Positions 37,194 to 46,802 are shown, counted from the first letter of the stretch. The stretch: 64,000 nt of DNA from an uncultured bacterium (GCA_902779865.1 CACZDG010000007.1:8958-72957); one strand, 5' to 3'. Numbers and translations are program-made. The notes: generated by a model not told the origin, from the letters alone.

Positions 37194-38807
37194 ATGCATA
37201 TTGGCTGGTCGTCACATGTCTATCCGCTTGAGGCGGCGGATTTTGCCGACGTGCCTGACTATGCCGGCAATCCGATTCCCGAAAACGAGCTTCCTCCCGA
37301 CAAGGTGATTCTCTTCATCCGCAAGGGATGTCCAGATTCGCTGGTGCGCGGTCGGGATGAGATTGCGCGGTGCGAGGGTGGCACGGTGGACGTGCGAGTG
37401 GTGTTCGAGCCGACGGTTGCACGGTGGAACCTGCCAGGCACTCTGGTGCGCGTGTGCCGTAACCGCTACCGTTTCCACGGTTCGCACGTGTACCATATCT
37501 CGGCTGAGTCCGTTCGGGACATGAAGCTTGAACGAGCCATTCGCACCATCGAAAACCCGCATGACCGTGATGGACAGGACAGGGTGGCGAGCATGATAAG
37601 GCTTTTGGAGAGCCTGAAACGTGAAGGCTACCGCGATGACAAGCCAATCGTGGTGATGCTCTGCCGTACGGGCGGCCTTGAGGATTCGCTCAGGCAGGGG
37701 CATCACCGCGTCAGCGCATGTCTCGCATGTGGCATCGATCGCATGGCCGTAGAATTCGCCGCAGCGGGTGTTGCGCCTTGGCAGCGGTGGGGTGTTTTTA
37801 TGCGCGTTGCGATGCTTGCCGCCGTATTTGCAGTGTTTGCCGGGGTTGTGTCGGCGGCGTTGGCGTTATGGCCGTCGATACCGTGGGTGGCGACGATGGA
37901 TGTGCGGGGATTGCCGAAGATTTCCCCGATAGGCGAGTTCATTCGTCCCCGCATTCCGGAGGAACTGAGTGGCATTACACACGTGGATGGCGACAGCTAC
38001 TACGCAGTAAGCGATGACGGCAGTGGCGTCTGGCCGATGCAGATCGGCATCGATCGGACGACCGGTGTGATCACGAACTGCGTGATGGGGCGTAACGTGC
38101 GTGTGGGCAAGGACAACGAGGGCATTGCTTGGGACCCGCAGAGCCGCACCGTGTTCGTTACGGACGAGGCGACGCATGTGATCAGCGAAGTCAACCCCGA
38201 GACTGGACGTCTCGTGGCAGAGGTGCAGCTTCCAGAACACCAGTGGAAAAGTCGCAGAAACCGTGGACTGGAGGCGTTGGCCCTGTCGCCAGACGGGGAG
38301 TTCCTCTGGACGGCGAACGAGGAGGCACTTCCCGGAGACGGGAGGCCTTCGAGCGTGGAAAATGGGACTACAGTGCGCCTAACGCGGTTCCGCCGCATTG
38401 ATAATGTAAAGTGGGAGCATGATGGGGAATGGGCTTATCTTACCGACGCCATTGGCGGCGGGAAAACAAAGCGGATGCGTTCTGGAGTGTCCGACCTATG
38501 TGCGTTGGAGGATGGGACTCTTCTTGTCCTCGAACGCGAGTTGAGCAGAAAGGGCGTCGATTCCGCGTACCGTGCGCGTCTCTACGCCGTGAGGCCAATA
38601 CGTGAAACGTCAATTGACATGGAGCGTCCCATTGCCAAGAAACTCCTTTTCGGCGCGGACACAGGCACGGCAAACTACGAGGGAGTGTGTCAAGGCCCCG
38701 TGCTGGATAACGGCGACCATACACTAGTCATGGTTTCCGATGGTGGTGACGCCGACGATGAACGGCTGTACGTACTCCGCATGGCGGTAGTACAGGAGGT
38801 ACGGTGA
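37194..38807 (+). CDS. ParB/sulfiredoxin-like N-terminal domain - TM - phytase-like esterase domain protein
   Basis: N-terminal LKREGYRDDKPIVVM....LRQGHHRVSACLACGIDRMAVEF carries the ParB/Srx GHHR signature. TM segment VAMLAAVFAVFAGVVSAALAL. C-terminal EGIAWDP, GLEALALSPDGEFLWTANEEAL and VSDLCALEDGTLLVLEREL resemble the esterase-like phytase family. Confidence 0.55.
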   Translation: MHIGWSSHVYPLEAADFADVPDYAGNPIPENELPPDKVILFIRKGCPDSLVRGRDEIARCEGGTVDVRVVFEPTVARWNLPGTLVRVCRNRYRFHGSHVYHISAESVRDMKLERAIRTIENPHDRDGQDRVASMIRLLESLKREGYRDDKPIVVMLCRTGGLEDSLRQGHHRVSACLACGIDRMAVEFAAAGVAPWQRWGVFMRVAMLAAVFAVFAGVVSAALALWPSIPWVATMDVRGLPKISPIGEFIRPRIPEELSGITHVDGDSYYAVSDDGSGVWPMQIGIDRTTGVITNCVMGRNVRVGKDNEGIAWDPQSRTVFVTDEATHVISEVNPETGRLVAEVQLPEHQWKSRRNRGLEALALSPDGEFLWTANEEALPGDGRPSSVENGTTVRLTRFRRIDNVKWEHDGEWAYLTDAIGGGKTKRMRSGVSDLCALEDGTLLVLERELSRKGVDSAYRARLYAVRPIRETSIDMERPIAKKLLFGADTGTANYEGVCQGPVLDNGDHTLVMVSDGGDADDERLYVLRMAVVQEVR

Positions 38808-39721
38808 TGAAGCGTAATTTCAACGACGCTGCCGTCCTCCGGGCGATTGAGGAAGGGTATGGCGTTTCGGTGCGGACGCTTAAAGCGTTGGATGGCCATG
38901 CGCATTCGTTCAACTTCCGGGCTGAGACCGCTGACGGAGAGGTTTTTGAGGTCAAGTGTTTTCCGGCGGTGCATGAAGAGAGGTTCAAGTGCCTGGTGGC
39001 GCATACGGCACCGTCGGACAATCATCTTGCCGCAACGCGACTCTTCGGTGGGAAGATACTTGGCTTCGACGGCTGGAAGGTGATTGCGCTCAGGTGGGTT
39101 CCAGGTTCAGAACTCGGCCCAGATGAGCTGTCAGACGAGGAGTTGGACGCTTTCCTTGCCGCATACGCAGAGTTCCTGTTGCACCTTTCAGACGATGGTG
39201 CGGTGTTGCCGGTCAGGGACTACCTCGCGCTCAAGCGGATGTTGCTGAAGCGCCTTCATGGAGGCAATGCGCCGGGGATCGTCCGTGAACTGAACGAGAT
39301 GCGGGACGATATGCTCATCCTTGCGGCGGAGCATAGGCGCATCATCCACGGCGATTTGCACAAGGGGAATCTACGCTTCGACGCTGGGACCGTAAGCGGT
39401 TTCTTTGATTTGGAGGAACTGCGTTTCGGCACGCCGGCGGAAGACCTTGTACGTTATGTAGTTTGTCGCGAAGAGCATCGGAGGTGGTATGACCCGCTGG
39501 GACGGCGGAGGCTGATCGTTGCGTTTCGCCGTATACTTGCGCGGACGTCCTACTCGCGTTCCGAATGGATGTTTGCCATAAACGGTTATCTCCTTAGGAA
39601 ACTCGCCAAAAAGGTAAAGTCGAACCGTTTGCCGGTTTGGCGGCGTATAAACCTACGCGCTCGGCTGGTTTTCTACCGTGCGTTGCGTAAAGCCGTTGAA
39701 AGAGAGGTTGCTAATGGCTGA
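38807..39721 (+). CDS. Aminoglycoside/choline-kinase-type phosphotransferase (APH family)
   Basis: Catalytic loop IIHGDLHKGNLRFDAGTVSGFFDLEELRFGTPAEDL is typical of the APH/ChoK fold. The start overlaps the upstream stop. Confidence 0.7.
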   Translation: MKRNFNDAAVLRAIEEGYGVSVRTLKALDGHAHSFNFRAETADGEVFEVKCFPAVHEERFKCLVAHTAPSDNHLAATRLFGGKILGFDGWKVIALRWVPGSELGPDELSDEELDAFLAAYAEFLLHLSDDGAVLPVRDYLALKRMLLKRLHGGNAPGIVRELNEMRDDMLILAAEHRRIIHGDLHKGNLRFDAGTVSGFFDLEELRFGTPAEDLVRYVVCREEHRRWYDPLGRRRLIVAFRRILARTSYSRSEWMFAINGYLLRKLAKKVKSNRLPVWRRINLRARLVFYRALRKAVEREVANG

Positions 39722-40505
39722 TCGTGTGAACGTGCTATGTGCAAAATGGGGAACGAAATACGGCGCGGACTATATAAATCGTCTGTATGCGGGGGTTGCG
39801 AAACATCTAAGCCGTCCGTTTCGGTTCGTCTGTGCCACGAACGAACCTGATGGCATACGTCCTGAAGTGGAATGTGCGCCATTGGACGCGAATCCGCACG
39901 TGAAGAACCGGGGCTGGCCAAACATCCACGCGAAGCTAACCCTTTTTCGGCGTGGGTTCGCCGACCTTGAGGGACCTACGTTGTTCCTTGACGTGGACGT
40001 TCTCGTGACGGGTCCCATTGACAAGTTCTTTGATTACCATCCTGGCGACTTCTGCATCATCCACAACTGGGTGGAACGGCGCAAGGCGTTGTTCCACCGT
40101 CCGAAAATCGGCAATTCGTCGTGTTTCCGCTTCGACGCTGGGTCGGATGCGGCGCATGGCGTGTATGAGTGCTTCCTTCGCGACAAGGACGATCCCTCGC
40201 TGGACATGTATTTCCGCAAAGGCTCGCAGAAGTTCCAGACGCGTGCGATGTTTGAACGTGGTAGGGTATGGTGGTGGCCGGAAGACTGGGTGTGCTCATT
40301 CAAGCGGCAGTGTATTCCGTTGTGGCCTCTGAACCATTTCCTCGTACCGCGCCCTCCAAAGACTGCGTCCGTAGTCGCATTCCATGGAAACCCCGACATC
40401 CCAGAGGCGATCGCAGGCTTCTATTGGCACAAGGGCAAGAAGATACCGACTCACCTTACTTGCCGCCCCACGCCGTGGGTAAAGGAGCTTTGGGAAAACC
40501 CATGA
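39714..40505 (+). CDS. Hypothetical GT-A-like glycosyltransferase (DxD = LDVDVL)
   Basis: VNVLCAKWGTKYGADYINRLYAGV N-terminus and FLDVDVLVTGPIDKFFDY. Sits in the glycopolymer operon. Assignment is weak. Confidence 0.4.
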   Translation: MADRVNVLCAKWGTKYGADYINRLYAGVAKHLSRPFRFVCATNEPDGIRPEVECAPLDANPHVKNRGWPNIHAKLTLFRRGFADLEGPTLFLDVDVLVTGPIDKFFDYHPGDFCIIHNWVERRKALFHRPKIGNSSCFRFDAGSDAAHGVYECFLRDKDDPSLDMYFRKGSQKFQTRAMFERGRVWWWPEDWVCSFKRQCIPLWPLNHFLVPRPPKTASVVAFHGNPDIPEAIAGFYWHKGKKIPTHLTCRPTPWVKELWENP

Positions 40506-41851
40506 AATCAGAACTCCATCTGTTCGTGCTCTGGGAGAAGGCGCGCCGAGTCGAGTCGAGGATATTGGAAGACCTCGGGCGCCAGAAGGACATCGAGGTT
40601 ATCGGAAAGTGGGAGTTTGCATTCTCCGGTCCGGCTGCGGTTGCGTATCCGGCGTTCTACGGCGGGAAGAAGCCATTGGACGGACGCCTCAAGGTGCGCA
40701 AGTGCGGCGGCGGCGGATTTCTGCTGATCGTGGTGCGCAACTTGAATCCCAGCTACGGTTCGCGCTGGGCCCGCGATGAAAAGTACTACATCGCCAACGA
40801 GTTGATGTATGATCTCAAGGTGCGATACCGCGAGTGGGCAGGACGCAAGCACCGCGTACATAGCACGACGAGCCAGAAGGAGTTCGCCCGTGACATCTTC
40901 CTGCTCACCGGTCACACGGCTGACGAGTGGGAGCGAGGCGTGCCGAACGACATCCGCCTCAACATTCCGGAGAAAGCCGAATGGAGGATGGTAGTTGACG
41001 GCGTGGGGGCGGACATGGGGCTTTCCGGTTGCCGTGTCCTCATGGAGAACAAATACATCAACGACGTGTTCTTCGAGGGGCAGTTCAAGGGGCGCGATGC
41101 CGTAATCAAGTGCTCTTCAAAGTGTGCGTGGTCGATTGGAAACGAGTTCCGTCTCGCTTCGCGCCTTTTCGCCGCCGCGCCGTCAGTCGTTGCCGAGCCG
41201 CTTGCGGTTTGGACGTCGGACGACGGGCGTAGGGCGTTTGTCGTGACGGAAAAGGTGTTGGGGTCGTCGCTCACGGAACTTTTGGAGCGAGGCGTCACGG
41301 ATGCGCAGGCGGATGGTTTCGCAGAGGATATCCTTGCGCTGGCGGGAGCGCTTGAGCGTACGGGCATCCTCCACCGTGACATCTACACCGACAATTTTCT
41401 CCTTGGAGCGGACGGACATTTGAAGGTGATTGACTTCCAGATGTCCATCGACCGAAACGACTACCGCGAGGATCCATGGGTGGCTTCGCACCCGAAGTTC
41501 CTCTACGTGGTATTCGGCGTGAACCACAATACGCCCTGCGGATGTTGGGACGACCGTGCGGCCCTTGATGCCGTTCTGGCTCTTTTACCGGCTACCGATG
41601 CCGTAAAACAGGCGCGTCGCAAGTTGGCGTCGATGCCGGAAATTGCGTTCACCGCACGACCTCCGCTTGAAGCGCGATTGACATTGGGCGCGTATGCCAT
41701 CAGCCTAATGATTCAGTCGCACGTGCCGTGGCGTTCGCGCAAGCGGCGCAACCAAGCGCGCAAGCGCCTCGATACCATACGTGCATGTGGCGGCACGGAC
41801 GTTGACGGACGCGATCCAGATGCCACGTGTGCAGGGAAGGCGGCGCCATGA
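40502..41851 (+). CDS. Protein-kinase-like fold protein (Kdo/WaaP/RIO-like) with unknown N-terminal domain
   Basis: GILHRDIYTDNFLLGADGHLKVIDFQMS is a kinase catalytic and DFx-like segment. ATGA overlap with the upstream gene. Confidence 0.55.
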   Translation: MKSELHLFVLWEKARRVESRILEDLGRQKDIEVIGKWEFAFSGPAAVAYPAFYGGKKPLDGRLKVRKCGGGGFLLIVVRNLNPSYGSRWARDEKYYIANELMYDLKVRYREWAGRKHRVHSTTSQKEFARDIFLLTGHTADEWERGVPNDIRLNIPEKAEWRMVVDGVGADMGLSGCRVLMENKYINDVFFEGQFKGRDAVIKCSSKCAWSIGNEFRLASRLFAAAPSVVAEPLAVWTSDDGRRAFVVTEKVLGSSLTELLERGVTDAQADGFAEDILALAGALERTGILHRDIYTDNFLLGADGHLKVIDFQMSIDRNDYREDPWVASHPKFLYVVFGVNHNTPCGCWDDRAALDAVLALLPATDAVKQARRKLASMPEIAFTARPPLEARLTLGAYAISLMIQSHVPWRSRKRRNQARKRLDTIRACGGTDVDGRDPDATCAGKAAP

Positions 41852-42597
41852 TTTACGCAGCCATTATTTTCGTTGTGGCCGTGGCGATCTACGCACTCTG
41901 CAAATGTACGTGGTGGTGGCCGCGTTGGCCGCGTGGCGTGCCGTCGTTCCTGATGCTCCATTCCGTTTCAGACGAGGTGGTGGATGCGTCATGCCCCAAC
42001 AACACGATCCGGCCGCATGAGCTGGAGGCGTTGATCGTCCGGCTGCTCAAAGGCGGCTACCGGTTCCGGACGTTCGCGGATGCGGCTACCGATCCTGGAC
42101 CGCGCGACGTTGTCCTTACGTTCGACGATGGCTACGTTGACAATTACGTGGAGTTGTTGCCGATCCTGAAGCGCCGCGGCGTTCCGGCAACCTGTTTCGT
42201 CACAAGTCGGTTTGACGATCCGCGATTCCTGTCCCGCGAGCAACTGCGTGAGATGGACGCTAGCGGTCTTGTCGAGATTGGGGGACACACCTCGGGGCAT
42301 TGCGTGCTCACGTCCGTCGGCATTGCCGAGGCGCGCGAGCAGATTCACGCGAACAAACACGACCTCGAGTCGATCCTTGGGCATCAGATTGTTTCGTTCG
42401 CCTATCCCTGCGGTGGCGAGAACGATGACATAGTGGCAGAGGTCAGGGGGGCGGGATACAGATTCGCCGCCGCGATGGTTAAGAAGATGCGCCCCGTGGG
42501 GACAGATCCCTACCGAATCCACCGTCAGATCATTCCGCGCGGCAAGAAGACGTGGCAGTCCTATTTGTTGGCCACGCGGGGGAGGTACAAAATATGA
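41848..42597 (+). CDS. Polysaccharide deacetylase (NodB homology domain), membrane-anchored
   Basis: VLTFDDGYVDNYVELLPILKRRGVPATCFV, GGHTSGH, SFAYPCG. N-terminal TM helix. ATGA overlap. Confidence 0.85.
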   Translation: MIYAAIIFVVAVAIYALCKCTWWWPRWPRGVPSFLMLHSVSDEVVDASCPNNTIRPHELEALIVRLLKGGYRFRTFADAATDPGPRDVVLTFDDGYVDNYVELLPILKRRGVPATCFVTSRFDDPRFLSREQLREMDASGLVEIGGHTSGHCVLTSVGIAEAREQIHANKHDLESILGHQIVSFAYPCGGENDDIVAEVRGAGYRFAAAMVKKMRPVGTDPYRIHRQIIPRGKKTWQSYLLATRGRYKI

Positions 42598-43607
42598 GAA
42601 TCGCTGTTTATAAGGATACGTTTGCCGCCCGGCGCGGGGCGGATATGGCCGTGCAGTTCCTAATCGACGGCCTGCGCGAGCGCGGGCACGACGTGGTGGT
42701 TGTTACGGATGAGGATGTTGATGTGCGGGGACGCATTTCCGGCTGCGATGTCTGCATTGCCGCTGGGACGAACGAAATACTGTCGCTGACGGATGGCGGG
42801 CGGAATCGTCCGCCAGTCAAGACGATCCTCCAGTTACACACGCACCCGCTCTATCCCTTTCGTCATTGGCTTCGTCGGTGGCGGCGGTGTCGCGCCATCC
42901 GTCGCGCGATTGCGCTGGCCGACGCGGTGCAGGTGCTTGTGCCTTCTCATGAGGACGTGCTTCGGCGGAAGGTAGGGTATCGGGGGCGCGTGTACGTGAT
43001 TGGCAACGCCTCGCGTTTTGGGACGTGTATTTCGTCTTCTGATGACGGGCAGACGATTATCTATCCCGCCGCACTGAACGCCGACAAGCGCCAAACCCTC
43101 CTGATCGACGCCTTTGCGCGTGTGGCGGGCGATTTCCCCGGGTGGCGCGTCGTTCTTTATGGGACGGGGAAGGCATCGTATGAGAAAAAGCTCCGTGCGC
43201 GCGTGGCGGCGGCGGGGCTGGGAGACCGAGTCGTGTTCGCGGGGTACTGCAATGATCTGACGGCGGCGTATTCTTCTTGTTCATTTGTCGCTTTCCCGTC
43301 CGCCAACGAGGGCGGCCCACTGACTGTCGTCGATGCGGGGGTGTTTCGCAAGCCGGTGCTTGGTCTCACGGAGACACCGGCGGTTGCGGAGATCATTACT
43401 GACGGTGAAACAGGAATGCTGCGCGAGGGGACAGTGGCGACATACGCGGAGGGTCTGGCTCTGCTGATGCGCGATGCGGATTTACGTAGGCGGTTGGGAG
43501 AAGCGGCCCAATGCCGTTTTTCGGCGCTCTATTCCCGCACCGCTTTCCTTAATAGCTGGGAAAACGCCTTGAAAGATGTTTGCGGAAATGGAAAAGCAAT
43601 AGTTTGA
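42594..43607 (+). CDS. Glycosyltransferase family 4 (GT-B)
   Basis: FPSANEGGPLTVVDAGVFRKPVLG carries the E-x7-E region typical of GT4. ATGA overlap. Confidence 0.8.
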   Translation: MRIAVYKDTFAARRGADMAVQFLIDGLRERGHDVVVVTDEDVDVRGRISGCDVCIAAGTNEILSLTDGGRNRPPVKTILQLHTHPLYPFRHWLRRWRRCRAIRRAIALADAVQVLVPSHEDVLRRKVGYRGRVYVIGNASRFGTCISSSDDGQTIIYPAALNADKRQTLLIDAFARVAGDFPGWRVVLYGTGKASYEKKLRARVAAAGLGDRVVFAGYCNDLTAAYSSCSFVAFPSANEGGPLTVVDAGVFRKPVLGLTETPAVAEIITDGETGMLREGTVATYAEGLALLMRDADLRRRLGEAAQCRFSALYSRTAFLNSWENALKDVCGNGKAIV

Positions 43608-43632
43608 TGTGGCGGTGCAGACCAAAATAGGG

Positions 43633-43638
43633 TATAAT
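43633..43638 (+). promoter_or_regulatory. -10 box TATAAT (internal promoter candidate before the TagF-like gene)
   Basis: GGGTATAAT lies 32 nt upstream of the ATG at 43671, in the only intergenic gap of the operon. Confidence 0.35.
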
Positions 43639-43670
43639 AACGACGGTTTGCCAAAGTAAAAGCCTAGAAC

Positions 43671-45017
43671 ATGTCCGCAAAACTGACAATCATACGTCTT
43701 GTGACCGCGCTGATTCCCGTCAAGCGCGTCCGGCGTAGGTTACGCGACCGCTGGATGGCCGCGGCCCGTGAGCGTCGCCTTGAACGCACGCTGCCAGTGG
43801 TCCGCGCGCGTTACGCGGCGCACGAGGCGGAGTGCAGGGCGAAGCTTGCGCGCGGAGAGCGACTGCGCGTCGCCTTCCTCGTTTGCGATGCGTCGATGTT
43901 CTCGGCGGAGCCGGTCTTCGTTCAGATGAAGGACGACCCGCGATTCGACTGCTTCATCGCGGTTGCGCCTCGTGTCACCCGTGGTGACGCCTTTCTGCGC
44001 GACACGTTGAAGAAGACGTTTGACACGTTTGACAAGCGTTATCCGAAGCAGGTGCGATCGCTTTATGATCCCGATTCCGGGAAGGCGATGCCGCTGGAGG
44101 CGGACGTATTGTTCTCCACCGTGCTGTACGAAGACCAGACGCTTCCCGACTACACGGTAGAACGGTTGTCCAGGCGTGCGTTGGTGGCAATCCTCTACTA
44201 CGGCTACGGCGGGTTGTTTTTCACGAACGAGAAGAAGACCCCGTTCCTCCCTAACGTCGTGTTCGCATGGCGGTACTTCGTGTCAAACGAAGCGACGCGC
44301 ACGATGAGCGTGGCGAGAAATCCGGCGCTTGCCGGGAACGTGTGCGTTGCGGGGTACTGCAAGATGGACAGGCTCGCGTCGCTTCCGCAGAGGCGGCGTG
44401 AACGTAGGCGCGTGATACTGTGTCCGCACCACACAATCGACAAGGAGACGGATGGACTTGCGCTTTCGACGTTCCTTATCCATGCTGATTTGTTCCTGAA
44501 GTTGCCGGAGCTTTTTCCGGAAATAGATTTCGTGTTCCGTCCGCACCCGCTGCTCTTCCCGCGCCTCGCGACGGCAAAGTGGTGGGGGGCGGAGAAGACG
44601 GAAGCATACCGAGCGAAGATGGAGTCGTTCCCCAACGTCGAGTTCCAGCAGGGTGGAGACTACTTCGAGACGTTCGCGGATTCCGACGCATTGATCCATG
44701 ACTGCGGTTCGTTCCTAGCCGAATACTTCTACACCGGAAGACCGCAGTGCTATCTCCTGGCGGACGACAAGACGGTTGAGCAGCAGTTTCTGCCGTTCAG
44801 CCGCACTCTGCTGGAGCACGTGGAAAGGGCTTATACCGACGACGACGTTGTGGCGTTCATCCGCCGAGTGGTCGTGGAAGGCAACGATCCAGGCAAGGCG
44901 GAGCGCGATGCGTTCGCGGAACGCGAGGTCTGCGTAAACCACCCTCATGCGTCGGACGCGGTGCTGGCGGCCGTGATGGATGGAATTGAAAGCAAGGAAG
45001 GAAGCAAGACAAAATGA
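43671..45017 (+). CDS. CDP-glycerol glycerophosphotransferase family protein (TagB/TagF-like)
   Basis: VILCPHHT, FVFRPHPLL and SDALIHDCGSFLAEYFYTGRPQCYLL match the TagF C-terminal pattern (HP... / D.S.....f...kP). Adjacent to tagD. Confidence 0.6.
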   Translation: MSAKLTIIRLVTALIPVKRVRRRLRDRWMAAARERRLERTLPVVRARYAAHEAECRAKLARGERLRVAFLVCDASMFSAEPVFVQMKDDPRFDCFIAVAPRVTRGDAFLRDTLKKTFDTFDKRYPKQVRSLYDPDSGKAMPLEADVLFSTVLYEDQTLPDYTVERLSRRALVAILYYGYGGLFFTNEKKTPFLPNVVFAWRYFVSNEATRTMSVARNPALAGNVCVAGYCKMDRLASLPQRRRERRRVILCPHHTIDKETDGLALSTFLIHADLFLKLPELFPEIDFVFRPHPLLFPRLATAKWWGAEKTEAYRAKMESFPNVEFQQGGDYFETFADSDALIHDCGSFLAEYFYTGRPQCYLLADDKTVEQQFLPFSRTLLEHVERAYTDDDVVAFIRRVVVEGNDPGKAERDAFAEREVCVNHPHASDAVLAAVMDGIESKEGSKTK

Positions 45018-45448
45018 GCAAGACGATAATCGGATACACCAGTGGGGTTTACGACCTCTTCCACATCGGCCACTTGAACCTGCTGAAAAATGCGCACGGG
45101 CTTTGCGACAAACTGATCGTGGGCGTGTCGGTGGACGAGCTTGTGGCGTACAAGCACAAACGCGCGGTCATCCCGTTCGCGGAGCGGCTTGAAATCGTCC
45201 GCTCCATCAAGTACGTTGACGCGGCAATTCCCCAGGACGACCTCGACAAGTACAAGATGTGGGAGAAGCTTCACTTCGACGTTCTCTTCGTCGGCGACGA
45301 CTGGTTCAACACGCCGAGTTGGAAGGAGATGGAGGCGAAGTTCGCAACAGTTGGCGTACGTGTCGTGTATTTCCCGCGCACGAAGGGGACGAGTTCTACG
45401 CTTCTTTCCGCGACGCTCAAGAAACTGCGCGAGGGAGGCGTGTCATGA
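45014..45448 (+). CDS. tagD: Glycerol-3-phosphate cytidylyltransferase (TagD family)
   Basis: IIGYTSGVYDLFHIGHLNLLKNA (HxGH), IKYVDAAIPQ, FVGDDW, VVYFPRTKGTSSTLL. Colinear with B. subtilis TagD as recalled. Confidence 0.85.
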   Translation: MSKTIIGYTSGVYDLFHIGHLNLLKNAHGLCDKLIVGVSVDELVAYKHKRAVIPFAERLEIVRSIKYVDAAIPQDDLDKYKMWEKLHFDVLFVGDDWFNTPSWKEMEAKFATVGVRVVYFPRTKGTSSTLLSATLKKLREGGVS

Positions 45449-46398
45449 GTCTGCTCACCCGCAAGTACGAGAAGGGGCGCCTTGTCACGCGGTTTTGCGG
45501 CGTGCGCGTGTGGCGCGCAGCGGACGATCCGGGGCTTTCATTGCAGTCGCAGTTGTTGCGGCGCGAGCTGTTGATGGCCGCAGACGTTTCCAACATGCCG
45601 CCGGCGCACGGTTATGCGCGCGACGTACAGCTCGCGGGCGTTGTGCTTTTGAAGGAAGTCTTGCGCGTTGCGCACGAGAACGGATTTCATCCATGGACGA
45701 TTAGCGGAAGCCTTTTGGGGACAGTGCGGCACGGAGGCCGTTTCGTGCCGTGGGACGATGACGTTGACCAGGGGATGATCCGCGATGAGTACGACAGGTT
45801 CTGCGAAGTGTTCAATGAGAAATGCCGTGATGGCTATTACGCCTGGCGGCGTTTCTCTCGCAAGTGGAACCAGATCAAGGTGTCACATCGCGAATTGCCG
45901 AAAGACATTACGTCGTCTGTGATGTCGTACGATCTCTACCACTCCCCGTTGCCGACGCTGAAGGAGAAGCACGCCCTCTTCATGAAAGTCAAGGACGCGC
46001 AGGAGCGCAATGCGGCGCGGTTCGATCCGCAGGCCGATGACGCTACGCACCGTGCGGCGCTTGATTCCGCGCGCCGTGACTGGATCATGGACGGAAAAGA
46101 ACCAGCGCCCCCGGAGTCGAAGCCGGCGGTTCTTCGCGGCATCGAGTTTTCTACTCCTGACTGGGTGAAGGAAGCGGTCTATGACTACGACGACATCTTT
46201 CCGCTTCGTCCCGCGACGTTCGAGGGCGTACCCGTGATGGTGCCGAACGATCCGGAGACCGTCTTGACCTACAACTACGGCGACTGGGCCGGTTGGCCCG
46301 GACGCCTGCAACCGCATCATCCGGCCTCGCGGTTCAACATGGAGAAGGCACTTGCATTGCGCAAGTTCCTTAAGAAGCACGGGGAGGTCAAGTCGTGA
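45445..46398 (+). CDS. LicD-family phosphotransferase
   Basis: ISGSLLGTVRHGGRFVPWDDDVDQGMIRDEYDRF is the canonical LicD motif. ATGA overlap. Confidence 0.8.
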   Translation: MSLLTRKYEKGRLVTRFCGVRVWRAADDPGLSLQSQLLRRELLMAADVSNMPPAHGYARDVQLAGVVLLKEVLRVAHENGFHPWTISGSLLGTVRHGGRFVPWDDDVDQGMIRDEYDRFCEVFNEKCRDGYYAWRRFSRKWNQIKVSHRELPKDITSSVMSYDLYHSPLPTLKEKHALFMKVKDAQERNAARFDPQADDATHRAALDSARRDWIMDGKEPAPPESKPAVLRGIEFSTPDWVKEAVYDYDDIFPLRPATFEGVPVMVPNDPETVLTYNYGDWAGWPGRLQPHHPASRFNMEKALALRKFLKKHGEVKS

Positions 46399-46802
46399 TA
46401 GTTGGCTACACAACAGGCGTGTTCGACATGTTCCACGTAGGGCATCTCAATCTGCTTGCGCGGGCGCGTGAGCAATGCGACCGGCTTATCGTGGGCGTTT
46501 CAACGGACGAGGTGGTGCTCGGCTACAAGAAGCACGCGCCCATCGTCCCCTACGCGGAAAGGGTTGCTATCGTGAAGGCGATACGTTACGTAGATGAAGT
46601 CGTGCCGCAGACGTCGATGGATAAATTCGCCGCGTGGGAAAAACTGCACTTCAACCGCCTCTTCCACGGTAATGACTGGAAGGGGAGCGCGATGTACAAT
46701 GAAGTCGAGGCGAAGTTGAAGTCCGTCGGCGTGGAGGTAGTCTATTTCCCCTACACGCAGGGCACGAGCTCCACGCTTCTCGCCGAGCGTTTGAGGGGCT
46801 AG
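46395..46802 (+). CDS. Second TagD-family cytidylyltransferase paralog
   Basis: IVGYTTGVFDMFHVGHLNLLARA, IRYVDEVVPQ, FHGNDW, VVYFPYTQGTSSTLL. GTGA overlap start, with GGGGAGG Shine-Dalgarno. Confidence 0.85.
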   Translation: MIVGYTTGVFDMFHVGHLNLLARAREQCDRLIVGVSTDEVVLGYKKHAPIVPYAERVAIVKAIRYVDEVVPQTSMDKFAAWEKLHFNRLFHGNDWKGSAMYNEVEAKLKSVGVEVVYFPYTQGTSSTLLAERLRG

